A stretch of DNA of 42,523 nucleotides from Myxococcota bacterium (GCA_040752415.1 JBFMGU010000067.1:1-42523), one strand, 5' to 3'. Numbered from the stretch's first letter, positions 1-12,702 are shown. The notes: generated by a model from the letters alone, not told the origin. Numbers and translations are program-made.

Positions 1-169
1 GCCTGGAACAAGGGTCTCCTCCGCCTCGCGGCCGGGTGACCGGGGTTTCCGGTTCAATCGCCGCCAGATATTCCGAGACACCCTCTCCAGGGCGCCGCTG
101 CTTCCGCTCACCCGCTTCGTGACTCCCCCCACACCGCTTGACTCCTGACTTCCTTCCCCCGTCACACCC

Positions 170-823
170 TCAGACCGTGACCACCAGCGCTTCCACGTAG
201 GCGGTATCCACCCGCAGCCAGCGCGGGCTGGCGTCGGAGGCGTGGAGGCGGACGCGCTCCTCGGCGCCCTGGTAGTTGCGCCACGGGCTGTCCATGTTGA
301 GCACCTTGCCCGGCGGCACACCCGGGACGCGCCACGCCTCGAAGAGCAGCATGCGTGCGCCGTCCGGCTTCTCGTGCACGCGGTGGAAGCGGATCTCCAC
401 GCCCGGCGCGTGGGTCTCCTCCCGGATGATGCGCAGCATGTCCAGCTTCATGAGCTCCACGGCGCGGTCATCCAGGCCGGCGTCGGTGATGCGGACCTTC
501 TCCTGCAGCTCATCCAGGTTGCGCACCACGCGCAGCACGTAGCCCAGCAGCTGCTCCCGCTGCTCCACGGTGAGCGGCCCCGGGTCCGGTCCCCCCGCGG
601 TCATGCGGAAGAGCAGCCGGGAGTCCATGTCATGGTAGGTGAGCGGGAAGAGCGTGAGGTTGCTGAACCCGCACGCCGCGCAGGTGAAGCGCAGCAGCTC
701 CGTGCTCATCAGCTGCCGCTTGAGCGCCGGCTCCAACGTCACGTTGACCGAGGTGTGCGCGAGGAACGGCTGCACACGGCCGCACTCCGGGCAGGTGACA
801 TCCACGCGCTTGGCTTCAGCCAT
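170..823 (-). CDS. CpXC domain-containing protein (Zn-finger-like N-terminus)
   Basis: N-terminal CPECG and a second CAACG pair followed by LTYHD, typical of CpXC proteins. Start moved to ATG at 823 (MAEAKRV). Confidence 0.75.
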   Translation of the reverse strand: MAEAKRVDVTCPECGRVQPFLAHTSVNVTLEPALKRQLMSTELLRFTCAACGFSNLTLFPLTYHDMDSRLLFRMTAGGPDPGPLTVEQREQLLGYVLRVVRNLDELQEKVRITDAGLDDRAVELMKLDMLRIIREETHAPGVEIRFHRVHEKPDGARMLLFEAWRVPGVPPGKVLNMDSPWRNYQGAEERVRLHASDASPRWLRVDTAYVEALVVTV

Positions 824-854
824 GAAGGTCACGTAACCCCGGATGGCGTGGGCT

Positions 855-1508
855 TCAACCGCCACGGTGGCGGAAGGGAATCACCACGCGCCCGAAGCTC
901 CTGCCGTCGCGCGCGTTGACCAGCTCCAGCGTCAGCTCCACGCGCTGCACGTCCTTGGGCAGCAGCGGGAAGTAGACGAAGCCGCGCGCCTTCCTTCCGT
1001 CGTGGAGCACGCCCTCGTTGAGCGCGCGGGAGAGCATGTCCGGGCTGGGCAGGGGCAGGTCCCAGCCGCCCGGCGCGGTGTCCCGGGAGGGCAGCAGCGG
1101 GGAGATGTTGCCCTGGTCTCCCGCCGAGCCCCGACGGGGCTCCATGGGCACGCTCAGCGGCGCGGCCACCATGGTGGTGCCTTCCAGCTCGTCGGTGATG
1201 GAGAGCGGGTGGACCGCGGTGAGCCGTTTTCCGTCGGGGCGACGCAGCGCGATGTGGCGCAGGCGCAAGGTGATGGGGCGGCCGCTGTCGTTCTCGATGG
1301 CGAGGAGCACGGGGTTGAGCGTGCGCGGCAGGTCCCGCGGGTCGCCGTCCCACGCGTTGCTGTTGGCCATCACGTACACGCCTTCCGAGAGCGCGGTGGC
1401 CTCGGCGGGTCCGCTGGCGGTGCTGAGTCGCGCGGGCACCAGCGGGGCCGGGCGCGCGCAAGAGACCAGCGCCGCCGCCGTCAGCAGGCAGCTCATCCTA
1501 CGCAGCAT
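855..1508 (-). CDS. Hypothetical lipoprotein (myxobacterial type)
   Basis: Signal peptide with lipobox LVSC. Segments WDGDPRDL, IENDSGRPI and ALNEGVL..GFVYF resemble conserved myxobacterial lipoproteins. Confidence 0.6.
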   Translation of the reverse strand: MLRRMSCLLTAAALVSCARPAPLVPARLSTASGPAEATALSEGVYVMANSNAWDGDPRDLPRTLNPVLLAIENDSGRPITLRLRHIALRRPDGKRLTAVHPLSITDELEGTTMVAAPLSVPMEPRRGSAGDQGNISPLLPSRDTAPGGWDLPLPSPDMLSRALNEGVLHDGRKARGFVYFPLLPKDVQRVELTLELVNARDGRSFGRVVIPFRHRGG

Positions 1509-1657
1509 GGTTCCGGATCTCCGCGCGCGAGAGGGGAGGCGCGCTCACCCTGGTGTACGCGCCCAAGCTCGTCGTGCAAGCGGATTTTGCCCGCGGCGTC
1601 GACGGCCGCTAAACCCGGTTGACGTCGTCGTCGGAGGGGAGGCGGGAGCGCGGCAAC

Positions 1658-2866
1658 ATGGCGGGCGCCATCCGGCTGGGTCGACTCTGGGGGATCCGGA
1701 TCTCCGCGGACTGGAGCCTCATCTTCCTGTTCTGGCTCCTGACGGTGAACCTGGCGCTGGGGCTCTTTCCGGCGTGGCACCCGCAGTGGAGCGCCACCCT
1801 GTGCTGGGTGGTGGCCCTTGGCGCGGGCGTGCTCTTCCTCGCCTCGGTGCTGGCGCACGAGCTGGCCCACGCGCTGGTGGCGCGTCGCCACGGCATCCCG
1901 GTGGGCAACATCACGCTGTTCCTCTTTGGCGGCGTGGCCAACATCGAGCGGGACCCGCGTTCTCCCGGCGTGGAGGCGGTGATGGCGGTGGTGGGCCCGC
2001 TCACCAGCCTCTCACTGGGCGTGGCGTTCCTGTGGGCGGCCACGCTGCTGGGCGGCGTCACCGACGAGCCCTGGGAGGACCCGCGTGAGCTGGCCGAGCG
2101 CATGGGCCCGCTGGCCACGCTGCTGGCCTGGCTGGGTCCGCTCAACATCTCGCTGGCCATCTTCAACATGGTGCCGGGCTTTCCGCTCGACGGGGGACGC
2201 GTGCTGCGCGCGGTGCTGTGGCACTTCAGCGGCTCGCTCTCCGAGGCCACGCGCTGGGCCGCGCGCGCCGGTCAGGTGGTGGCGCTGACCCTGGTCTTCC
2301 TGGGCCTGGCCATGATGCTGGGCGCGCGCGTGCCGCTCTTGGGCACCGGCGTCACCGGCGGGCTGTGGCTGGTGCTGGTGGGCTGGTTCCTGCATGCCGC
2401 GGCGGCGGCCAGCTACGAGCAGGTGGTGGTGCAGGAGGCGCTGGCGGACGTGCCGGTGCGGAGGCTGATGCGCACGCAGGTGGCCACGGTGGGGCCGGAG
2501 CTGGCGGTGGTGAACCTGGTGGATGACTTCATGCTCAAGCGGGACCACCACGCCTTCCCCGTCGTCGACAGCACGGGGTTCCTCCTGGGCCTGGTGTCCC
2601 TGCGCGACGTGCGCGCGCTGGACCGCACCCACTGGATGTTCCGTCGGGTGCGCGACATCATGACGCCGGTGGAGGACCTGGTGGTGGTGGCGCCGGACCA
2701 GGGCGCGGATGAGGCGCTGCAGCTCTTGGCCCGACGGGGCGTCTCCCAGCTGCCGGTGGTGGAGCACGGGCGGCTGGTGGGGATGTTGTGGCTGCAGGAC
2801 GTGGTGCGCTGGTTGGAGCTGGAAGCGCCCATCAGCCCGTCCGCCACCGTGGCGCATGGGCACTGA
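1658..2866 (+). CDS. Site-2 protease (M50) with tandem CBS domains
   Basis: HELAH zinc motif in a TM segment, FNMVPGFPLDGGR motif and two C-terminal CBS domains (FPVVD, LPVVE). ATG at 1658. Confidence 0.92.
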   Translation: MAGAIRLGRLWGIRISADWSLIFLFWLLTVNLALGLFPAWHPQWSATLCWVVALGAGVLFLASVLAHELAHALVARRHGIPVGNITLFLFGGVANIERDPRSPGVEAVMAVVGPLTSLSLGVAFLWAATLLGGVTDEPWEDPRELAERMGPLATLLAWLGPLNISLAIFNMVPGFPLDGGRVLRAVLWHFSGSLSEATRWAARAGQVVALTLVFLGLAMMLGARVPLLGTGVTGGLWLVLVGWFLHAAAAASYEQVVVQEALADVPVRRLMRTQVATVGPELAVVNLVDDFMLKRDHHAFPVVDSTGFLLGLVSLRDVRALDRTHWMFRRVRDIMTPVEDLVVVAPDQGADEALQLLARRGVSQLPVVEHGRLVGMLWLQDVVRWLELEAPISPSATVAHGH

Positions 2867-3335
2867 GGTCGCCGCGCAGCAGGCGGTCCAGGCTGTAGGC
2901 GCCCGCGCCCGCCACGGAGGTGATGAGCAGCCCGCCCATGATGGCCAGGTTCTTGAGGAAGTTGGTCTGCTGGGTCAGGCGCTCCGCGCCCTCCAGCGCC
3001 CAGAAGTTGTGGAAGATGAGCGTGGCGGGGATGAGGAAGAGGAAGAGCGCCACGGCGGCCCAGCGGGTGAGCAGACCGGTGGCCAACAGCACGCCACCGC
3101 CCAGCTCCACGACGATGGCGCCCACCAGGAGCAGCTGCGTGGCGGGGATGCCTTTTTCGGCCATGTGCGCGGCGGTGCCGCCAAAGTCGGTGATCTTGGA
3201 GAAGCCGCTGAGGATGAAGATGGTGGCCACGAGCAGCCGGCCGACGAGGAGGGCCACGTGTCCCAGCCCGTGTTGCAGTCCGGTCTCGACGTCATGCTCG
3301 CGGATGGAGTGCGAGGGGTGGATGCCGCTGACCAT
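2832..3335 (-). CDS. DoxX family membrane protein
   Basis: GRLL..IF..SG..K, ELGGG, FHNFW and FLKNLAIMGGLL..GAGAYSLD motifs. The 3' end overlaps the M50 gene by 35 nt. Confidence 0.9.
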   Translation of the reverse strand: MVSGIHPSHSIREHDVETGLQHGLGHVALLVGRLLVATIFILSGFSKITDFGGTAAHMAEKGIPATQLLLVGAIVVELGGGVLLATGLLTRWAAVALFLFLIPATLIFHNFWALEGAERLTQQTNFLKNLAIMGGLLITSVAGAGAYSLDRLLRGDLSAHAPRWRTG

Positions 3336-3489
3336 GTGGGTCTCCTTTCCTGATCGGGAGGGTTAACAACGGGCGGCGGGCGCGTCCGTCGTTGTGTCCG
3401 TGCTCCCTGGGTTTCCTGCCGACGGAGATGGCGCGCATTAGGTCCTCACGAGGCGGCGCACCCGGCACGCGTCGTCACGAGGAGCGGAC

Positions 3490-4020
3490 ATGCGTGCTGC
3501 GGACCTGCTGGTGATGCTGGCGCTGGGGGCGGGCTGCCGCGGCGCGGACGCGGACGAGCACGCGGACGAGGTCACGCTCACCGACGAGGAAGTGCCCAAC
3601 TTTGCCTATGCGCTGGCCACGGCCCTGGAGGTGCCGGACTTCCCGGTGCCCCTGCCCGCGGATGCCAAGGTGCTGCACACCTTCCGGCGTCGGGAGGAGC
3701 TGGCGGGGAGCACCATCCCGCCGCGCACGCTGGAACGGCAGTTCATCCGCCTGCTCACCACCCTGCCCCGCGCCGCGCTGAAGGACTTCTACGACGAGAA
3801 GTTCCCCGGCCGGCTGCACGCCTCCACGCCCAACGCCGCGGAGAACGTCCTGCTGTTGCACCGCAATCCCGTCGCGGCCGCGCCGGGTGAGGCGGAGATC
3901 GAGATCGTCATCAGCAACGCCATCGACGGGGCCACGCAGGTGGTGGAGATCATCCACACGCGAGAGCTGCCCGGCGCGGCGCGCAGTGCCCAGCTGTTGA
4001 AACCACGCCGCCCGTCGTGA
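3490..4020 (+). CDS. Hypothetical lipoprotein
   Basis: GAGGAG RBS upstream, short signal peptide with lipobox-like GAGC, GC3-biased codons. Confidence 0.6.
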   Translation: MRAADLLVMLALGAGCRGADADEHADEVTLTDEEVPNFAYALATALEVPDFPVPLPADAKVLHTFRRREELAGSTIPPRTLERQFIRLLTTLPRAALKDFYDEKFPGRLHASTPNAAENVLLLHRNPVAAAPGEAEIEIVISNAIDGATQVVEIIHTRELPGAARSAQLLKPRRPS

Positions 4021-4042
4021 AGGTGACGCGGGGCGGCGCGGT
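4002..4042. terminator. GC-rich stem-loop between convergent genes
   Basis: ACCACGCCGCCC (4002-4013) pairs with GGGCGGCGCGGT (4031-4042) with one mismatch. No U-tract. Confidence 0.3.
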
Positions 4043-4052
4043 CAGCAGGAGC

Positions 4053-6137
4053 TCACAGCTCCACGGAGTAGACGAAGCTGGCCTTGGGGCTGCGCAGCCA
4101 GCGCTCGGTGATGACGTCGCGCAGGGTCTTCCACTGGCCGGCGTCGTCGACGAACTCCTTCTTGAGGGCCTCGGCGGCCTTCTTGTCGCCCTTGCCCTTC
4201 ACGCTCACCACCGCGGCGCCCATCTTCTTGATGGCCGGCGGGAACTTCTCCAGGTTGAGCTGGAAGCAGCCCTTGTCGGTGCCGTTGGCCGCCATCTCCT
4301 CGGCGTTCCACTGCAGCGCGCCTTCCTTGAGCAGGAAGCCCATCTGGATGGCGGCGAGCTGGCTGTAGGGCTTGGGCTTGTCGTCCTGGTACATGCCGCG
4401 GCTGATGTGACCAAAGGCCCACGCCACGTCGCGCACGTGCGCCTTGTCCGCCTCCTCCCTGGTGATGAGCTTCTTCTCGACGAGCCAGTCGGTGAAGTAC
4501 AGCGCGGCGGTCTGCGCCTTCAGCTCCTCCAGCGTGCTGGCCAGCGGGCCGCCGAAGATCTGGTCGTCGGTCTTGCCCTTCACCTTGTACTCGTGCGCGG
4601 GGCCCAGGTTGTGCGCGGCCTCGTGCAAGACGGTGCTCATCAGCTGCGGCTCGGGGCTGTCGGTGTAGGCGGCCATGGCGCCCTTGCACAGCAGGCTCTC
4701 CACCTGGTCCTTGAGGCTCTTCTTGCTGTCGGCGTCGGTGTAGAAGTTGGTCATCGCCACGGTGCGGCCGCGGCCCTCATTGGCCACCGGCCCCCAGTTG
4801 GGCAGGCTCTGGCCAATGGTGGCGCCGTGCGGCGGGCGGCTGTCGCCGGCGTTGATGACGATGTCGATGAAGTCCGGCAGGTGGAAGCTGACGTTGCGCG
4901 CCTTGTAGGGAGCGCCGGCCAGCTTGGCCATCTCCTTCTCCATGTCCCCCTTCACCGGGTCCAGCTTCTGCTGCCACTTGAGGCTGTCCTGGTTGATGCG
5001 CGCAAAGCTCATGTGGAAGCCCGCCTTGCGGCTGCACGGCTCGAAGTACACCTCGTCCGGGGCCACGCGCAGGTACCACTTGCTGTTGCTGACGCTCATC
5101 TTGCTCCACGCCTCGTCGGCGGGATTCCAGTTGTTGTCCAGGAAGCTCTGCGCCGCCGCGGTGAGATAGGCCTTGAACGCCGCCTCCTCCGCGCTCTGGA
5201 TGGCATCCGCGGCCGCCTTCAGCTTGGCACTGATGGCGGTCATGTCCTCCTTGTAGAACTCGTGGTACGGCACCGCCTTCAGCTCACCCTTCTCATCCTT
5301 GCTGACGACGACAAACTGGTTCAGCAGCGCGTCGCCGTCCTTGCGTGCGGCCAGCGTCTCGCAGAACTTCTTGTCGGCCTGGATGTCCGCCGGGTACATG
5401 CCGCTGATGCGCGCGGGTTTGGCGGGGAGGGCGTTGCAGTTCTCGTCCTTCTCGGTGGCGGGCGCGGCGCACCAGGGACCCTGGTTGCGGTGGAACAGCG
5501 CGCGGCTGGCCACGTCGTCGGCGGGGATGTCCTTGTCCAGGCCCCAGGAGCCCACCTGCCTCAGGTGCAGCTTCTCCACGAGCTCCGCCGCCTCCAGCAG
5601 GTTCTGCACGATCACCTTGTCCTCGGCGCTGCCGGAAACGAAGCTGCTCTGCACCAGCGTGGGCCGGCCCTGGTCCAGCTCCTTGAGCACGGTGAGGCGG
5701 CGCAGCTTCTCCTTCTCGTCGGCCACCGCGGGCTCCCCGGCGGCCCTGGCCTTCACCATGGCCTCGTAGGCCTCGGTGAACCGGGGGGTGAACGCCTCGC
5801 CGGCCACCCAGTCGGCGCGCGGGGTCTTGCTGACGCCCCACAGCACCGCCACCTCGGCGGGGTCCACCAGGTTGTTGCCGTTGGCGTCCTCGCGCCAGAA
5901 CAGCGGCTGGGCCAGCTGCGCGGCCAGGCGGTTGAAGTCGGCGCGCGGCAGGCGGTCGTAGGTGACGGGGGGCGGGGCGGGCGGGCCGGCGTCGACGGGC
6001 GCCGCGGCCTGGGCCACGGGCTTGTCTTCCTTCTTGGCGCCCTTGTCCGAGCCGCAGGAGGCCAGCGCCGCCGCGGCGCCGGTGGCCGCCAGGGTGAGCA
6101 ACAGGAATCGACGGGGCGAAATCACGGTCTGTTTCAT
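4053..6137 (-). CDS. Dipeptidyl-peptidase III (M49)-like zinc hydrolase, lipoprotein
   Basis: HEAAH zinc motif plus downstream EELKA motif, AGD..IGQSLPN segment, lipobox LASC. Start at ATG 6137 (MKQTVIS). Confidence 0.78.
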   Translation of the reverse strand: MKQTVISPRRFLLLTLAATGAAAALASCGSDKGAKKEDKPVAQAAAPVDAGPPAPPPVTYDRLPRADFNRLAAQLAQPLFWREDANGNNLVDPAEVAVLWGVSKTPRADWVAGEAFTPRFTEAYEAMVKARAAGEPAVADEKEKLRRLTVLKELDQGRPTLVQSSFVSGSAEDKVIVQNLLEAAELVEKLHLRQVGSWGLDKDIPADDVASRALFHRNQGPWCAAPATEKDENCNALPAKPARISGMYPADIQADKKFCETLAARKDGDALLNQFVVVSKDEKGELKAVPYHEFYKEDMTAISAKLKAAADAIQSAEEAAFKAYLTAAAQSFLDNNWNPADEAWSKMSVSNSKWYLRVAPDEVYFEPCSRKAGFHMSFARINQDSLKWQQKLDPVKGDMEKEMAKLAGAPYKARNVSFHLPDFIDIVINAGDSRPPHGATIGQSLPNWGPVANEGRGRTVAMTNFYTDADSKKSLKDQVESLLCKGAMAAYTDSPEPQLMSTVLHEAAHNLGPAHEYKVKGKTDDQIFGGPLASTLEELKAQTAALYFTDWLVEKKLITREEADKAHVRDVAWAFGHISRGMYQDDKPKPYSQLAAIQMGFLLKEGALQWNAEEMAANGTDKGCFQLNLEKFPPAIKKMGAAVVSVKGKGDKKAAEALKKEFVDDAGQWKTLRDVITERWLRSPKASFVYSVEL

Positions 6138-6457
6138 CTGGTACCTCGTGCAGAAAGGGGTGGAGCCCCCGAGATGCGGGGGACCTTCAGCGGACGCATC
6201 CCGTCCCGTGCCTCCGCCAACGGGCAGCAGGGCCACGAAACGCCTCCAGGACGGGAAGGAAGGCACGGCGCCAAGCTGGGCCGCGTCATCAGGTGTTTCC
6301 CGGCCCGCCCTTTATGGGAGCACCCGCGGGCCTGTAAAGCGCGGCAGAACGCCGCGTTCTCGAGCCGTGCTTCCCCGTCGACAACCGTGGGGCAGGGGCA
6401 GGGCTCGACGACGAACGCTGGGCACCTCTGCTGAATTCCTTTGGGACCGCGCCCCGC

Positions 6458-9400
6458 TCAGACCGGCGCCTGCGCGGGCCGCCCCGCCTCCGGCTCCAGC
6501 GGCAGCGTGAGATGGAACGTGCACCCGCGGCCCGGCGCGGTGTCCACCCAGATGCGCCCGCCGTGCGCCAGCGCAATGCCGCGCGCAATGGACAGTCCCA
6601 GCCCCACGCCCGGCTCCCCGTGACGACGGTTGCGCCAGAAGCGCTCGAAGATGTGCGGGACCTCGTCGGCGGGGATGCCCGGCCCGGTGTCCGTCACGGT
6701 GAGGTCCACCATGTTTCCGCGCGGCTCCGCGGCCAGCGTCACCGTCCCGCCCACCGGCGTGAACTTGATGGCGTTGCCCAGCAGGTTGGACAGCGCCTGC
6801 AGGGTGCGCTCGCGGTCGCAGCGCGCGTTCAGCGGGCCGGGCACCGGGGCGCGTCGCAGCGTGATGGACTTCAACGCCGCCATCTGCTCGTGGCTTTGCA
6901 CCGCCTCATCCAGGATGTCGCGCACGCGGTGGGGCTGCGGCTCGATGGAGAGCTGGCCCCGCTCAATGCTCGCCAGGTCCAGCAGGTCGGTGATGAGGCG
7001 CTCCATGCGGGTGGCGGCCCGACGGATGGACTCCACGTGACGGTCCAGGGTCGCGTCGTGGGTGCAGCCGCGCAGGAGCTTCTGCAGCATGCTGGTGCTG
7101 AGCAGCACGTTGCCCAGGGGCGTGCGCAGGTCATGGCTCACCACCGCCAGGAGCTCCTCCCGCGCGCGGGTGGCCTGTTGCGCGACGCGGTAGTGCTGCG
7201 CGTTGTCCAGCGCCAAGGCGGCCCGCCGCGCCAGCTCCCCCACCGTCACCAGGTCCCGCGCCGTGTAGCCACGTCCCGACCCGCTCATCATCAGCAACAA
7301 CGCGCCCAGCGTCCGGTTGCGCGCCCGCAGCGGCAGGGCCAGCACCGAGCGCGGCTCCAACCCCTGCAGCGTCTCCAGGTCCTCCTCGCCCTCGGCCAGC
7401 TCGCGCAGCTCGTCGGGGGTGACCTCCTCACACAGCATGGGCTTCTCGGCGTCCAGCACGCGCATCAGCGCCCGGGAGAACACGCTGTGCTGCTGGCGCA
7501 CCAGCTCCTTGAGGCGCTCCTCCTTGAGGGGATCCACGTGCGCCGCTTCCACGCGCTGCGGCCGCCCCTCCCCGTCCTTGACCGCCAGGATGCACAGGTC
7601 GGCCAGCGCGGGGACCGCCAGGCGGGTGATGGTGGCCAGCGTGGTGGCCTGGTCCAGGGAGCCGGTCACCGCCTCGCTGGCCGCGGCCAGGAACCGCTGG
7701 TCCTCCTCCTCGCGCTTGCGCTCGGTGACGTCGACGAACACGCCGCCCACCCCCAGCAGCTCACCGTCGGTCAGGCGCACCGGGAAGTAGTTGACCTGGC
7801 GCCACTGCGGCCCCCCGCCGGGGCTCCCGTCAAAGCGCAGCTCCATGCTGATGGACTGCTCCTGGCCGGTGAGCAGGCCCCGCAGGCGCTCCACCAGCGG
7901 CACGCCCTGCGGACCCAGCACCTCCGTCGCGGTGCGGCCCACGTAATCCTCCACGGCGCGCCCGTGCAGCCGGGCCAGCGGCTCGTTGACGTGCACGAAG
8001 CGCAGGTCGCGGTCCAGGAAGGCAATCCCCACCGGGCTGACGCGCATGAAGCTGTTCAAGATGGCCAGCGACCGCTCCCGCGCGCGCAGCGCCGCCTTGG
8101 CCTCGCGGTAGAGGCGGTGGATGTCCAGCGCGCAGGCAATCCGCGGGCCCAGCTCCTGCGCCATGTGCGCGTGGATCTCGTCCAGCTCACGCCGGCCCAG
8201 GTCCAGGAAGGTCAGCGCGCCCTCCACCTGGCCGTGCTGGAAGGGCACGGTGAGCAGCCCGCGCAGGCCCAATGCGCGCACCGCCTCCTCCGCCACGCCC
8301 AACGCGGTGGCCAGCTCCGCGGGCTCCGCGCGCGTGCCCAGCGTGGTGCCAGACGTCCGCAGCGTGGCGCCGTCCAGCACCCGGCCCAGCCGCGCGGCCC
8401 GCTCCGGGTCCTCGCTGGCGCTGGCCAGCACCTCCGGGACGCCGCGCTCGTCGCGGGAGACCACCATGCAGCCGTCCACCAGCCGGCGACACAACGAGTC
8501 CGCCAGCAGCGGCAGCGAGGTGTTGGCGTCCACGCACACCCCCAGCACCCGGCCCGCCTCCGCCAGCGCCCGCTCCATCAGCTCCGCCTGCTTGCGCGCG
8601 CTGATGTCCACCATGCAGCCGATCATGCGCACCGCGCGCCCGGTGGCGTTGCGCACAAAGGTCCCGCGGTCCAGCAGCGTGGCGTAGCGGCCGTCCGCCC
8701 GACGGAACCGGTACTCCATGGTCCACTCCCGCGCGTTCCCGTGCAGGGCGGTCTCCAGGCTCTCCATCACCCCGGCCCGGTCCTCCGGGTGCAGCGCCGC
8801 CTCCCACCACTCCAATCCCAGGCCCACCTCTCCCCGTCGGTAGCCCAGCGTCTCGGCGAGCGCGTCGTTCCAGTACAGGCGGCCGCTCTCCAGGTCCCAG
8901 TCATAGATGACGTCGTGGGTGGCCTGGAACACCAGGCGGAAGCGCTCCTCGCTCTCGCGCAGGGCGCGCTCGGTGCGTTTCTGCTCGGTGATGTCGCGGC
9001 TGATGCCCACCACGCCCACCGGCCGGCCCGCCCCGTCCCGGTACACGCCCTTGCAGGTGGACATCACCAGCGTGGTGCCATTGACCCGCAGCACCTCCTC
9101 GAACCGCTCGCACTGCCCGCTGCGCAGCAGCGCCGCGTCGGTCTCCGCGATGGCGCGCGCGGTGTCGGGGTGGAACAGCTCCCCGTCGGAACGGCCCAGC
9201 ACCTCGTCCACGGTGCGCCCCATCATCTGCGCGCCGGCGTGGTTCATCATCAGGTACCGGCCGCGGATGTCCTTGACGTAGATGGCGTCGGTGGTGCCCT
9301 CCACCACGGCCAGCAGCAGGTTGTAGGTGTTCTTCAGCTCCGCCTCGCTGGCGCGCCGGCTGAACGCGGCGCCCAGCGCGTGGCTGAACCCGCCCACCAG

Positions 9401-10384
9401 GAAGCGCTCGTCCTCGGTGAAATGACGCGGCTCGTGCGTGCCCACGCACAGCAGGCCGTGGGGAGAGGGCTCCCCCGGCAGCGCCGCCACCAGCAGCGTG
9501 CGCACGCCCGCGACGCGCAAGAGCTCCGGCCCACCCTCCGCCAGCGCCGCCAGGTCCAGCTCCAGCAGGCACTCGTTGGCGCGCAGGGCCACCGCCAGGG
9601 GTCCGTCCGGCGGGCCCACCGGGATGGGGCTGGGCTCCGCGCGCAGGCCCTGGGTGGCCACCGGCAGGAGACTCTGCTCGGACACGCGCTGCAGCACCGC
9701 CACCACCGGCCCCCCCAGCAGCTCGCCCAGCATGGACACGGCTTCCTGGGAGATGACCCGCACGTCGCTGTGGGTGATGGCGCGGCGGATGAGGCGGGAC
9801 AGGGCGTGCCGCGCGCGACGTCGCGCCGCCTCGGTGAAGCCCGCGGCCGCTTCCACCTGCCCCGACACCAGCGGGGAGCGCTCCAGCAGGCCCCGGTACA
9901 CCTCCGCGGCGGCCAGCTCGGAAACCTCCTGGAGGTGGCGCTGGTCCTCGGTGTTCCACGGGCGCGGCACGCGGTCCATCACCGCCACCGTCCCCAGGGC
10001 CTGCCCGCCCGGGTCGGTGAGCACGGTACCCAGGTACGCGCCCATCCCCAGCGTGGAAACCCAGGCCTGGTCCCGCGTGCGCGGGTCCCGACGTGCATCC
10101 GGCACCGCCAGCAGCGCGCCGTGCATCAAGGTCAGCGGGCAGAGCGCCTGGTCCAGCGGCAGCTCCGTGCCGGCCTGCAGCTCGGGAGCGCCCACGCCGC
10201 CCAGGATGTGCACGCTGCGGTCATCCACCGCCGCCACCAGCGCCAGGGGCGCGCCGGTGAGCCGGGCCAGCATGCGCGCCAACGTGGTGAACACCGGCCG
10301 GGGCGGGCCGCGCATCAGCGCCGAGCGACGCAACGCCTCCAGTCGCGCTGCGTCGGACAGCCGTGTGGCGGGCTCGTGGCCCAT
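6458..10384 (-). CDS. Multi-sensor GAF/PAS histidine kinase
   Basis: Several GAF- and PAS-like segments, H-box SHDLRTPL, N-box [12 protein letters not shown]1 DTGPGI, F-box IFERF and G2 GVGLGL. Start at [18 protein letters not shown]. Confidence 0.92.
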   Translation of the reverse strand: MGHEPATRLSDAARLEALRRSALMRGPPRPVFTTLARMLARLTGAPLALVAAVDDRSVHILGGVGAPELQAGTELPLDQALCPLTLMHGALLAVPDARRDPRTRDQAWVSTLGMGAYLGTVLTDPGGQALGTVAVMDRVPRPWNTEDQRHLQEVSELAAAEVYRGLLERSPLVSGQVEAAAGFTEAARRRARHALSRLIRRAITHSDVRVISQEAVSMLGELLGGPVVAVLQRVSEQSLLPVATQGLRAEPSPIPVGPPDGPLAVALRANECLLELDLAALAEGGPELLRVAGVRTLLVAALPGEPSPHGLLCVGTHEPRHFTEDERFLVGGFSHALGAAFSRRASEAELKNTYNLLLAVVEGTTDAIYVKDIRGRYLMMNHAGAQMMGRTVDEVLGRSDGELFHPDTARAIAETDAALLRSGQCERFEEVLRVNGTTLVMSTCKGVYRDGAGRPVGVVGISRDITEQKRTERALRESEERFRLVFQATHDVIYDWDLESGRLYWNDALAETLGYRRGEVGLGLEWWEAALHPEDRAGVMESLETALHGNAREWTMEYRFRRADGRYATLLDRGTFVRNATGRAVRMIGCMVDISARKQAELMERALAEAGRVLGVCVDANTSLPLLADSLCRRLVDGCMVVSRDERGVPEVLASASEDPERAARLGRVLDGATLRTSGTTLGTRAEPAELATALGVAEEAVRALGLRGLLTVPFQHGQVEGALTFLDLGRRELDEIHAHMAQELGPRIACALDIHRLYREAKAALRARERSLAILNSFMRVSPVGIAFLDRDLRFVHVNEPLARLHGRAVEDYVGRTATEVLGPQGVPLVERLRGLLTGQEQSISMELRFDGSPGGGPQWRQVNYFPVRLTDGELLGVGGVFVDVTERKREEEDQRFLAAASEAVTGSLDQATTLATITRLAVPALADLCILAVKDGEGRPQRVEAAHVDPLKEERLKELVRQQHSVFSRALMRVLDAEKPMLCEEVTPDELRELAEGEEDLETLQGLEPRSVLALPLRARNRTLGALLLMMSGSGRGYTARDLVTVGELARRAALALDNAQHYRVAQQATRAREELLAVVSHDLRTPLGNVLLSTSMLQKLLRGCTHDATLDRHVESIRRAATRMERLITDLLDLASIERGQLSIEPQPHRVRDILDEAVQSHEQMAALKSITLRRAPVPGPLNARCDRERTLQALSNLLGNAIKFTPVGGTVTLAAEPRGNMVDLTVTDTGPGIPADEVPHIFERFWRNRRHGEPGVGLGLSIARGIALAHGGRIWVDTAPGRGCTFHLTLPLEPEAGRPAQAPV

Positions 10385-10657
10385 GGCACCCCCCGCGCGG
10401 CGCCGTCGGGCGCGGACGTCACGCTCCCGTGTTCTCCGAGTTTCCCTCGCGCTCCCGGCGGATCGCCCGGCGGTGGAAGCGGTCCGCGCGCTTTTGGGGG
10501 TGGTAACGCGTCGGGAAGAGCCTTGCAGGGTCGCTTGCCTGCGCCCCCTCGCCGACGTGGACCTGGGCCTGGAGGCGCTCCCCCCGTCCCCGCCCGCGCT
10601 TGTTGGCAACCCGGCGGAAGGGTAGGTGATGCGCCCACGTTCATGACGGAGGAACCC

Positions 10658-11865
<1,208 letters not shown>

Positions 11866-11869
<4 letters not shown>

Positions 11870-12693
11870 CGCGCGCGTGGGCGCTGGTGGGCCTTTCCGT
11901 CGTGGTCAGTGGCTGCCTGGACCGGCTGTTCTACTACCCGGACGGGCGGGACTACGGCTCCCCGACGAGCTACCGCCTCAAGCACGAGGAGGTCTCCTTC
12001 CCCAGTGCCGACGGGACGCGCCTGAGCGGCTGGTTCCTGCCCGCGGTAGGCGAGCCGCGGGGCACGGTGGTGCACGCGCACGGGAACGCGGCGAACATCT
12101 CCAACCATTTCCACGGCGTGGTGTTCCTGCCGCCGGCGCGCTTCAACGTGCTGGTGTTCGACTACCGCGGCTTCGGCCGCTCCGAGGGCGCGCCCACCCG
12201 CGCCGGTTGCGTGGCCGACGTGAACGCCGCGCTGGACTACGTGCGCACGCGTCCCGACGTGGCGCGGGGGAAGGTGGGGCTGTTCGGGCAGTCGCTGGGC
12301 GGGGCGTTGTCCATCGTGGTGGGCGCGGCGCGGACCGACGTGGCGGCGGTGGCGGCGGAAGCGGCCTTCACCTCGCACCGCGAGCTGGCCCGGGAGGTGT
12401 TGCGCCTGAGCCCGTTGGCGCCGCTGGCCGGCCCGCTCTCACGGCTGCTCACGTCGGAGTACGCGCCGCTGGAGGTGGTGGACCGCATCTCCCCGCGTCC
12501 GCTGCTGCTGCTGCACGGGGACCGCGACGCGCTCATCCCGTTGTCCATGAGCCGGGAGCTGCTGGCGCGCGCGGGGGAGCCCAAGGCGTTGCACGTGGTG
12601 GAGGGCGGACAGCACCTCCATGTTCCCGAGGGCGCCGCGCGCGTGGCCTATGAGCGGGTGCTGGTCGACTTCTTTGCCCACGCGTTCCAGTGA
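11866..12693 (+). CDS. Alpha/beta hydrolase, probable lipoprotein
   Basis: [19 protein letters not shown] nucleophile elbow, HGDRD, C-terminal His and lipobox VSGC. GTGA overlap with the thiolase stop. Confidence 0.88.
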
Positions 12694-12702
12694 GGAGCAC
12701 GC

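Noticed and set aside
1..169. Pyrimidine-rich non-coding stretch at the window start
   Set aside because: No recognisable RNA gene, repeat or ORF, and the context is cut by the window edge.
2832..2866. 35-nt 3' overlap of the convergent M50 and DoxX genes
   Set aside because: Short tail-to-tail overlaps are common in GC-rich genomes, and there is no evidence of a special function.
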